Origin: Candidatus Lokiarchaeum ossiferum | GTDB lineage: Archaea; Asgardarchaeota; Lokiarchaeia; Sigyniarchaeales; Promethearchaeaceae | Direction of reading: 5' to 3' | DNA: 32,000 nt | NCBI GenBank assembly: GCA_025839675.1 | Contig: CP104013.1 | Span: forward strand, 5,220,001-5,252,000 | Shown: positions 16,192-23,770 of the stretch, piece after piece | Layout of the letters: each line of letters begins with the position of its first letter | How positions within the stretch are numbered: position 1 is the first letter of the stretch | The notes under the pieces: model-generated | Databases searched by the model: none | What the model was told of the DNA's origin: nothing | What the model saw: only the letters and a program-made list of their open reading frames with translations | Program-made: the position numbers and the translations under genes

Positions 16192-17745
16192 TTATACGTT
16201 TTCTTCAAGTTCCACTTTTGCACTTGGTTCTTTTTTCATGGAAAACGCATGGACTCTCATTTCTTCCTTCACTGGAAATTTAAATTTTTGATATTGCTTA
16301 TTTCTTTTTGTTAAGTCAGTTAATGAAATCCACCATTTCGACTTGGAAAGATCTTCTTTTGTTGGAATCCATTCTTGCCATGGTTCAGGAAGCCATTTCT
16401 GTTCGTAGTAAAGCATAAGTTGGGTGAGAAATGTGATTTTTTCTTCATCATCGATCCATTGATTTAATGGATCCTTTAGCATGGCTTGAACTGCAAGATC
16501 CATCTTATTTCCCAAAGCAGCATCAACAGTATACTGTTGAGAATCACTATAGGGTGTAAGAATCTCAGTAATTTCATTTGGTAGATCCATATGGGATGCT
16601 GGTTGGAGTTTTTTACTTGTAAATATTATGGGGTATTCTACAATTGATTCTTCAGGAAGACTTTGGATCATCGATGATTCAAAATGATGATTTTGAATAA
16701 TTCCTGAAAATTTAGTTGAGTTTTCGTGCATAAAATCTATTGCTATGTCAAGGGCACCGGGTATCTTATTGTATGTACGAAAACTGTAGAGAATTGGATG
16801 AGGGATTAATTTTTTAACGCTATTTTTTAGAAAAGAGACTATTTTGTTTCGTTCTTTAATCTCTTTAAGTGGAAATTTCCAAATTGGGGATGAATTTAGG
16901 TGATTGAAATAATTCAAGTAATCTGGAAAATAATTTGCTAAATTTTTTGGTTTTGTATAACTGTATGCGCCCAAAGTGTTGTATAGATGAAGGTTAAATG
17001 AATATTGTTTAAATTTTTTTAATTTACTTGATTCCACAAGTTCATGTAACGAATTCGTGTAATCTTGATTTCCATAGGTAATTTTTGTTAACCAACTGCA
17101 ATGGGGAATCCCTGCATATTGATACATATACTCGAACTCTGAATTTTTCTCAAAATCGGGATGAGATTGAATAATTTTTTGAATTGGAATGGTACCCTCG
17201 TAAAGATCTGATGAAATCCCAAAAGATAATATTGATGGGGTTGTTTGTTGTGCTGCTAAGATATTCGAAGCTTTCGGATCTGTTAATATCATGAAAGGTG
17301 CGTTTGGGCATATTTTGTGGATTTTTTGTGATGTTTCGGAAGTAAGAACATTCGTCCGGAAACTTCGAAATATGCCTGCGGGACCAACTTGACTTCCATC
17401 AGCTTGAACAATCCCAAATTTCAACGGAAGATAATAATCGTAAAGCATGGTTTGCATATTATTTGTGGAAATGGCTTGAATAACAAAGTCGGAATTGGCT
17501 AATGCTTCTTCTTCTTTGGTATAGGTCGAAATAAGCACATTGGTAAGTTTTTTCTTATTGGTTCTTTTGATCGCATTATAGAGATATTGACTTAGCAAAC
17601 GTAATTTTCGCTCATCGGAATGACACAATGCGATTTCAATTGGATCTGGTTTATTTTGCAGAATTTTCTTAATATTCTTGAAAAGCATTGCAGAATAGCT
17701 GTAGGGGCAAGCGCCTAAATAAGTAATTTTAAATCTGTCTACCAT
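16192..17745 (-). CDS. Glycoside hydrolase family 4-like protein with degenerate cofactor and metal motifs (517 aa)
   Basis: By-eye match to GH4 landmarks. KITYLGACPYS against KIxxIGxGS. IALCHSDERKL against LxDIDxERL. GSQVGPAGIFRSFRTNV...ICPNAPFMILTDP against the GPGGxxRALRT...xPxAWxxNYTNP block. The position of the GH4 G-x-C-H metal site reads FGISS. Confidence 0.55.
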   Translation of the reverse strand: MVDRFKITYLGACPYSYSAMLFKNIKKILQNKPDPIEIALCHSDERKLRLLSQYLYNAIKRTNKKKLTNVLISTYTKEEEALANSDFVIQAISTNNMQTMLYDYYLPLKFGIVQADGSQVGPAGIFRSFRTNVLTSETSQKIHKICPNAPFMILTDPKASNILAAQQTTPSILSFGISSDLYEGTIPIQKIIQSHPDFEKNSEFEYMYQYAGIPHCSWLTKITYGNQDYTNSLHELVESSKLKKFKQYSFNLHLYNTLGAYSYTKPKNLANYFPDYLNYFNHLNSSPIWKFPLKEIKERNKIVSFLKNSVKKLIPHPILYSFRTYNKIPGALDIAIDFMHENSTKFSGIIQNHHFESSMIQSLPEESIVEYPIIFTSKKLQPASHMDLPNEITEILTPYSDSQQYTVDAALGNKMDLAVQAMLKDPLNQWIDDEEKITFLTQLMLYYEQKWLPEPWQEWIPTKEDLSKSKWWISLTDLTKRNKQYQKFKFPVKEEMRVHAFSMKKEPSAKVELEENV

Positions 17746-17803
17746 CGCGATTTCAACTTTTAGTTTTATATCTATACATTATTTGATTTACTAACCTTAA
17801 AAA

Positions 17804-18478
17804 TCAATCATTTCTAGGAAGACCAATGTAAGATTGAAGTTTTTTATAAATGTGCAGAATATCGGTAACTTCGTTATGGCAACGGGTTTCGATCTGTTCA
17901 TATTCTCCCTCATCATAATATTTCCAAACCGATTTTCCACTTGGTTTCCATTTTGTGTGAGGGAATAATCGCTTACTCACCTCATAAGCCGTTTTTGGAT
18001 ATAAGGTTGTTTCATTGGGGAATAGAAAAGCGCTCACATTACATAGATCAATGACTTTGGATTTTAAGAAAATTTCAAAAAGATTGGGCGTTGGGGCAAT
18101 ATGATGGTATTGGCTCCGAATATATAATGCTGGAAGATCTATTCTTGCAATTGCAAATCCACAAGTAACTACATCTTTAACTCGTTTTTCTAAAATTTGA
18201 GTGTTTTGCCCTTGTTGAAAACTAAATTCCTCTTCAAAAAAATTCTTAATCGCTCCTAATAATGTTTCCTCAGATGAATAATTCCAAATCCAAAATGATG
18301 TATCATGTCGAAAGGAAGCTTGATCTTCCGATTTGATGCTTGATATGGGTAATGAAATAAAATAGCCTCCCAATATAATATGATTGGAGTTTCCCGGATT
18401 GAAAACTAAAGTACCTCTCGAATTTGGGTGGTTTCGTTCCTCTGGCGGAACATAGAACTCTAGATCAAAAAAAATCAT
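17804..18478 (-). CDS. RNase H-fold 3'-5' exonuclease-like protein, PolB-exonuclease-related (224 aa)
   Basis: ATG start. FFDLEF (ExoI-like DxE), CGFAIARIDLPALY (ExoII-like), IDLCNV, and SGKSVWKYYDEGEYEQIETRCHNEVTD (ExoIII-like, with H-x4-D). The order and spacing parallel the upstream YprB-like gene. Confidence 0.55.
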   Translation of the reverse strand: MIFFDLEFYVPPEERNHPNSRGTLVFNPGNSNHIILGGYFISLPISSIKSEDQASFRHDTSFWIWNYSSEETLLGAIKNFFEEEFSFQQGQNTQILEKRVKDVVTCGFAIARIDLPALYIRSQYHHIAPTPNLFEIFLKSKVIDLCNVSAFLFPNETTLYPKTAYEVSKRLFPHTKWKPSGKSVWKYYDEGEYEQIETRCHNEVTDILHIYKKLQSYIGLPRND

Positions 18479-18530
18479 TTATTATGATCAAAATGTTTAG
18501 GTTGCTATAAATTCTCGGAAAGAATGTGGT

Positions 18531-19445
18531 TTACAGAAATTCAGAACCATATTTTAAATTGATAATCTGAAGAACATCCTTGGAAGCAATATTATCTAAC
18601 TGGATCGATTTAGGTGAATATTCAAGCTTTTTCTCGGGAATACGTTCAAATTTCCGCAGTTTTTCGTAAAAAAGGAACAGAATTTCTTGTAAATGAAGGG
18701 CATCCTCAGCATTATAGGCAAGCAAAGTGGATAAAAATTGTGGATCTTGTGTGGCTTGGTATTCGTTCCAAAGGAATATTGCCATTAGACCATTCATTTC
18801 CTCGGGTAAATTTCGTTGGATTCCCAATATTCGTTCAATTTGTTTTAATCCGCCTGATAACCTTACTAAACGACTGAGTGAAAAGAGATCAAAGTGAATT
18901 TTATCGAAGTGAATTTCAAATTCTTTTTCAAGAAACGGGATATCTGTCCGTATTCCATCAAAAGTTGCAATCGCTGTAAATTTTTCCAATAAACGGGGAA
19001 ATTCATCTAGATTTTTGTTTCTTACAAAATAATGGAGTTTAATTCCATCAAACGCAACAATTGTGGTGATTTTATCGTTTTGAATATCCAAACCTGTCAT
19101 TTCTACATCAAAATATAAAATTTGATCAACAAAATTAGGAAAAAACCGCCAATGAATTTCTTCGGGAAAATGCTGTAAAAAATAGTTAATATTTCCTTGG
19201 TCCCAAGCCTGTTGACACTCAATACATTCCTTTTTTAAAGCTTGCCACATTTTTCGGGTAAAATGGGGGTGTTTTTCTGATGTATTGATTAATTTTTGCC
19301 ATGTGGTGATCCCTGAATTCCATAGACGAATTTCTCCTTTCCTTAAAATATTCGGAATGTGTTGAAATGTTGATTCTATCATGATGGTTGATCCGAGGTA
19401 GCTTATTATATTATTTTTTCTCAATATCCATAGTGTCGAGATCAA
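18531..19445 (-). CDS. YprB/COG3359-type RNase H-fold exonuclease (304 aa as tracked; probably 283 aa starting at ATG 19382)
   Basis: FDVEMTGL (ExoI), TFDGIRTDIPFL (ExoII), HFDLF, LLAYNAEDALHL (ExoIII YNxxD). N-terminal HIPNILRKGEIRLWNSGITTWQKL resembles the helix-hairpin-helix-like head of this family. The tracked start at 19445 is a TTG. The first ATG (MIESTFQHIP...) ends at 19382. Confidence 0.7.
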   Translation of the reverse strand: MISTLWILRKNNIISYLGSTIMIESTFQHIPNILRKGEIRLWNSGITTWQKLINTSEKHPHFTRKMWQALKKECIECQQAWDQGNINYFLQHFPEEIHWRFFPNFVDQILYFDVEMTGLDIQNDKITTIVAFDGIKLHYFVRNKNLDEFPRLLEKFTAIATFDGIRTDIPFLEKEFEIHFDKIHFDLFSLSRLVRLSGGLKQIERILGIQRNLPEEMNGLMAIFLWNEYQATQDPQFLSTLLAYNAEDALHLQEILFLFYEKLRKFERIPEKKLEYSPKSIQLDNIASKDVLQIINLKYGSEFL

Positions 19446-19564
19446 AATAATATTTACCTATAAGCCAGACAAATGTAAGAAGAAAGGAAATTGAAAAAAT
19501 ATCTGAGGTTTAATGACGAAAATTTATAATTGAGATAATCAATAAAAATTATTAAGGATTAAAG

Positions 19565-20113
19565 ATGACAGAAAAATCATCCGTTTTATTGTATGTGGAT
19601 GCGATGTTTGGTAAACTGGGTCGTTTTTTACGGATTTTAGGATTCGATACTGAGATTGCAGACCCTAAATTAAAAGATCCGGAAATTTTAGAACATATCT
19701 TAAAGGTGAATCGGATTTTAATAACTCGGGACCACCTTTTTTATGAGATCACGCAGAAACGATTAAAAAAAGAAAATTTACCAGAAGAAATGGTACTTTT
19801 TCTAAATGAAGAAGAACTCCATCAACAACTCCATAAAATTTTTCAACATATTGGCTTTAAACCAGAAAAACTACTTTGGAATGATCTCCATGATTTAAAA
19901 TTTCAACCACGATGCTCGTTGTGCAATTCTGAGCTTGATGTTGTTGAAAAAAAACAAATTCTCGAGAAACTTTCAATGGGAACTGCTACCACTTTCAATC
20001 ATTTTTGGCAGTGTTCTAATCTGAATTGCAACCAAATTTATTGGAGAGGGCGACACTGGCAAGATATCGAAATAATATTAAAAAAAGTAATTTCAGCTGA
20101 TGATTTATCCTAA
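19565..20113 (+). CDS. Mut7-C family RNase: PIN-like domain plus C-terminal zinc ribbon (182 aa)
   Basis: N-terminus LLYVDAMFGKLGRFLRILGFDT is the family hallmark, followed by ILITRD. C-terminal CSLCNSEL ... CSNLNCNQIYWRGRHW is a 4-Cys ribbon with the conserved YW.G.HW. Confidence 0.8.
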   Translation: MTEKSSVLLYVDAMFGKLGRFLRILGFDTEIADPKLKDPEILEHILKVNRILITRDHLFYEITQKRLKKENLPEEMVLFLNEEELHQQLHKIFQHIGFKPEKLLWNDLHDLKFQPRCSLCNSELDVVEKKQILEKLSMGTATTFNHFWQCSNLNCNQIYWRGRHWQDIEIILKKVISADDLS

Positions 20114-20124
20114 AATCAAAAAAA

Positions 20125-20132
20125 TTTTTTTT
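20125..20132 (+). terminator. A7T8 element just after the Mut7-C stop
   Basis: tcAAAAAAATTTTTTTTga (20116-20134), a near-palindromic A/T tract with a T8 run on the coding strand. Confidence 0.3.
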
Positions 20133-20156
20133 GATCCATTCTTTTTCAACTATTAT

Positions 20157-20615
20157 ATGTCGGGTTCCAAAAAATCAACATCCTCTCTTTCGGAAGAAGA
20201 ACATCAAATTTTGCGACGAGTAAAGCAAGAGTTAAAAAATCAAGATATTCCAAGAGATCAGTGGCCTGCTTTAATTCAATCTGAAATTTCATCACACAGA
20301 TTATCGCTGAAGAAGAAACAAAAGGCATTGAAAAAGAACCCTGTGATATCTGCCCTTAAACGTATTGGTAAAACAATTCAAACTCGTATAATGAAGATGC
20401 TTTTAAAACGCCAGGGGCAATATAGTGAGGAAGAAATTGAAAAGATGATGAAGGCTATGGCGGGAGAAATCCCGCCCGAAATGGCGATGCCCAATGTTAT
20501 ACCCGATACTCGGATTGAAGATGCGGGAAAACATGGGACCTTTCTAACTACCGATCAAGATCACACTCGGAAAAAAATGGAAGTCTTTTTTGATGATGAC
20601 GATGACGAGGATTAA
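20157..20615 (+). CDS. Hypothetical Lys-rich protein with poly-acidic C-terminus (152 aa from ATG 20157; ORF track starts at 20100)
   Basis: The ORF-track start at 20100 overlaps the Mut7-C 3' end and spans an A7T8 tract (20118-20132). The ATG at 20157 (MSGSKKSTSS...) lies downstream of that tract. No recognisable domain. Ends FFDDDDDED. Confidence 0.5.
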   Translation: MSGSKKSTSSLSEEEHQILRRVKQELKNQDIPRDQWPALIQSEISSHRLSLKKKQKALKKNPVISALKRIGKTIQTRIMKMLLKRQGQYSEEEIEKMMKAMAGEIPPEMAMPNVIPDTRIEDAGKHGTFLTTDQDHTRKKMEVFFDDDDDED

Positions 20616-20633
20616 TAAAGAACCATTTTCAAC

Positions 20634-21248
20634 TTATTCATCTTCATAATGTGAAATATCCCCGTAGAGTTCAATTTTTTTGGTTTGATTATCAGTTCTG
20701 ATTATACTTAAACTGGTTGGGTGTATATATGGTAAAACCCATAAATTCTTCAAGGGTTCATTTTCAACAAATGCTAATATTGTTTTTACTACTACGGTAT
20801 GAGCCACAATTAATAGGCGTTCCTTCCTATGTTTTTGTATTAAACCCTCGAAAGTCTTTATGACACGTTCTTTTACATCAAAAAATGTTTCTCCTGCGGA
20901 AGAAACGTATAAATGAGGTAAATTCCAAAAATTATGATATTGTGTCGGATTCAATTGTTCAAATTCTTGAAGAGATTTTCCTTCCCATTCACCAAGATTA
21001 ATTTCTCTCAATGAGGCAAGTTTGATAATTGTTTTGGGCTGATTTTGGGTGATAATTTGAGCTGTATGATATGCGCGGTCACTATCACTCGAATAAACAG
21101 CATCAAAAGCAATAGGTCTAAGTTTTTTTCCTAATTGTTTCGCTTGAGCCTTTCCCAAATCTGTTAATGGGGCATTTTGCCATCCTTGCATGATGTGGGC
21201 TTTGTTCCATTCGGTTTGACCATGACGTGTTAGATAAATGATTGTCAT
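20634..21248 (-). CDS. Histidine phosphatase superfamily protein (phosphoglycerate mutase-like, 204 aa)
   Basis: N-terminal IYLTRHGQTEWN (RHG catalytic motif), SSDSDRAYHTA, and LIVAHTVV (second catalytic His). GGAAGGA box 10 nt upstream, directly abutting the Tex stop codon. Confidence 0.85.
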   Translation of the reverse strand: MTIIYLTRHGQTEWNKAHIMQGWQNAPLTDLGKAQAKQLGKKLRPIAFDAVYSSDSDRAYHTAQIITQNQPKTIIKLASLREINLGEWEGKSLQEFEQLNPTQYHNFWNLPHLYVSSAGETFFDVKERVIKTFEGLIQKHRKERLLIVAHTVVVKTILAFVENEPLKNLWVLPYIHPTSLSIIRTDNQTKKIELYGDISHYEDE

Positions 21249-21258
21249 CTAGAAAATA

Positions 21259-21265
21259 TCCTTCC
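21259..21265 (-). promoter_or_regulatory. Shine-Dalgarno-like box (GGAAGGA on the - strand) for the histidine phosphatase gene
   Basis: Immediately follows the Tex stop codon (21266-21268) and lies 10 nt upstream of ATG 21248. Suggests Tex and the phosphatase are co-transcribed and coupled. Confidence 0.45.
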
Positions 21266-23557
21266 TTAAGATCCTTTGGATTTTTTACTGAGGACTTGTT
21301 TAATGGACAATTGAATTCGATTCCGCGATAAATCAATTCCGATAATCATAAAATCCTTTACATCCCCAACGGCCAGAAAGTCATAGGGACTTTTCACAAA
21401 CTGGTTGGCGATTTGACTTTTATGGACTAAACCATTATATTTCACACCAATATCCACAAAGGCTCCAAAATCGAGAACATTACGAACGGTGCCTTTTAGG
21501 ATCATCCCTTCTTTCAAATCTTCAATAGATAATACATCCTGGCGTAATATTACCGGATCTAATTTTTCTCGAGGATCTAAGTTTGGTTTTCGTAATTGCT
21601 CTGCTAAATACCGTATTCGGTTTGGATCAACATCCATTTTCTTGGCAAAAGATTTCGGGCGAATAGAAAGCAATTTTTCTTGCACCAATTCTATTTTTTG
21701 GGGATCAGTTAGAAAGTCAATGGGAATCTCTAATTCTGCAAGAATTTTTTCCGTTAATTCGTAGGATTCCGGATGCACAAAAGTGCGATCTAAAGGATTA
21801 GTTGCCTCCATAATCTTTAAAAATCCTGCACATTGTTCAAACGCTTTTGGACCTAACCCTTTAATTTCATATAGTTGATTTCGGGAATAAAAATTTCCAT
21901 TTTCAGATCGATATTTCACAATTTCTTTACTGACCCTTTTGTTTAATCCGGAAACGTGTTCTAACAATTTACTTGAAGCTGTATTTAAATCGACACCTAC
22001 TCCATTGACACAATCTTCAATAACTGCATCCAATTCTGTTTTTAATTCGGCTTGATTCACGTCATGTTGATACATACCAACTCCAATACTTTTCGGATCA
22101 ATTTTTATCAATTCTGCTAAAGGATCTTGTAATCGTCGGGCAATACTTATTGCCCCTCTAACGGTTAGATCTAAATCTGGAAATTCTTCTATCGCTACTT
22201 CGGATGCAGAATAAATCGATGCTCCCGCTTCACTCACTATCGCAAATTCTAAAGGTAAATTTTTTGATCGATGTTCTGAAATGAGATCTGCCATCATTTG
22301 TTCGGTTTCTCTGGAAGCGGTTCCATTTCCCACTGCAAATGTATACGCATGATATTTTTTAGCCAAATTTAAAACTATTTTTTTAGCTTCTGCCAATTGA
22401 TTCTTAGGAGGATGAGGGTAAATTACACTATCTGCTAAATAATTGCCATTTTGATCGATTACCGCGACTTTACATCCTGTTCGATAACCCGGATCTAATC
22501 CAATGATTGCTTTTTCTTTAATAGGAGGTGTCATTAATAGATTTTTTAAATTAGTTGCGAATACGGTGATGGCATGAGCCTCTGCAGTATTACATAAAGA
22601 TTTCCATAGTTCGCGCTTGATGGCCCTGATGATATATCTTTTAAATCCCGCTTCAATGGCTTTTATGTAATAATCATAAAGTACATGAGTTTCAGGTGAA
22701 TGATTATGAAGTATCTGTTTTTTTAATTCATGCACAATTTCAGCTTCAGGAGTTTCAAAGGATACATCTAGCACTTCTAAATCCTCTGCACGATTGATTG
22801 CTAAAATTTGATGATTTTGTAACTGAATGGCTTCTAATGAGAAATCGAAATAATCTTCAAAGGTTCGGGGATCAATTGCTTTTCCAGAAGCAGAGTTTAT
22901 TTTTTTTTCATTTTTCAATACTAATTCATCGACTTCAGTTTTCACGATTGCTCGTTTAAAAACAATTTCACGAGTGAATTGTCGATACTCAGGATGATTA
23001 CCAATTTCTTCGGCAACGATGTCCACTGCTCCCGAGAGTGCTTCTTTGGATGAGGTGATTCCTTTTTCTTTATTCATAAAGGGGAGACAAATACTATCAA
23101 TAGTTCCTGTAGAAACACCTTCTTTAATAAGAATGGCAAGAGGTTCCAAGCCTTTTTCACGCGCCTTCGCTCCTAAAGTCTTATGCTTGATTTTGAAGGG
23201 AAGGTATAAATCCTCTACTTCTTGGGGGGTTGATGCTTCAAGAATCTTATCGCGAAGGGGAAGCGTTAATTTATTTTGTTTATTAATTAAATTGAGAACT
23301 GATATTTTTCGTTCTTCAATACCTACACTTAAATTGTATTCTTTTTGAATGGACCTCAACTTGATTTCATCTAAAGCTCCCGTCGCTTCTTTTCGATAAC
23401 GAGCAATAAAAGGAACAGTATTCCCATCAAGCAAAAGTTCGATGGATTTTTGAATAGATTGGAGTGATATTGATAAGTTTGCTGCAATTTGCTTCTGAAT
23501 TTTGGCTGTATCAATTTCTTGCGGAATTGCAATAGATTGAGTTGAGGTTTCACCCAT
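21266..23557 (-). CDS. tex: Tex-like transcription accessory protein (763 aa): Tex N-domain, YqgF/RuvC-like domain, HhH, C-terminal S1 domain
   Basis: TVPFIARYRKEATGALDE (Tex N-terminal hallmark), IGLDPGYRTGCKVAVIDQNGN (YqgF-like), VDLNTAS...LEHVSGL (HhH), GMILKGTVRNVLDFGAFVDIG...GLVHKSQI (S1). Confidence 0.9.
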   Translation of the reverse strand: MGETSTQSIAIPQEIDTAKIQKQIAANLSISLQSIQKSIELLLDGNTVPFIARYRKEATGALDEIKLRSIQKEYNLSVGIEERKISVLNLINKQNKLTLPLRDKILEASTPQEVEDLYLPFKIKHKTLGAKAREKGLEPLAILIKEGVSTGTIDSICLPFMNKEKGITSSKEALSGAVDIVAEEIGNHPEYRQFTREIVFKRAIVKTEVDELVLKNEKKINSASGKAIDPRTFEDYFDFSLEAIQLQNHQILAINRAEDLEVLDVSFETPEAEIVHELKKQILHNHSPETHVLYDYYIKAIEAGFKRYIIRAIKRELWKSLCNTAEAHAITVFATNLKNLLMTPPIKEKAIIGLDPGYRTGCKVAVIDQNGNYLADSVIYPHPPKNQLAEAKKIVLNLAKKYHAYTFAVGNGTASRETEQMMADLISEHRSKNLPLEFAIVSEAGASIYSASEVAIEEFPDLDLTVRGAISIARRLQDPLAELIKIDPKSIGVGMYQHDVNQAELKTELDAVIEDCVNGVGVDLNTASSKLLEHVSGLNKRVSKEIVKYRSENGNFYSRNQLYEIKGLGPKAFEQCAGFLKIMEATNPLDRTFVHPESYELTEKILAELEIPIDFLTDPQKIELVQEKLLSIRPKSFAKKMDVDPNRIRYLAEQLRKPNLDPREKLDPVILRQDVLSIEDLKEGMILKGTVRNVLDFGAFVDIGVKYNGLVHKSQIANQFVKSPYDFLAVGDVKDFMIIGIDLSRNRIQLSIKQVLSKKSKGS

Positions 23558-23744
23558 ACCATGATTAAATTTTACATTTTAAAAAAATTCTCTTATTCAA
23601 TTCGATTAGGAAATTAGAAATTCGTTTAAAGGATAAAAGGGAAGGAAGAAGTCATATATCTTTAATTAAATTGTATCAAAATATCATTTTACAAAAATTT
23701 GTTTATTAATTGTTAAAGGATAGGAGTAATAAGTGATAAAGAAG

Positions 23745-23752
23745 AAAAAAAA
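23745..23752 (-). terminator. T8 tract (- strand) 19 nt after the SBP-fusion stop
   Basis: A8 on the + strand at 23745-23752, downstream of the TAA at 23771-23773 in the direction of transcription. Confidence 0.35.
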
Positions 23753-23770
23753 GACACAAAACTATACTAT

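Noticed and set aside
20100-20156. Upstream extension of the 171-aa ORF overlapping the Mut7-C 3' end
   Set aside because: The extension (MIYPKIKKIFFDPFFFNYY) is translated from an A7T8 tract that looks like a terminator or spacer. The ATG at 20157 gives a cleaner gene model.
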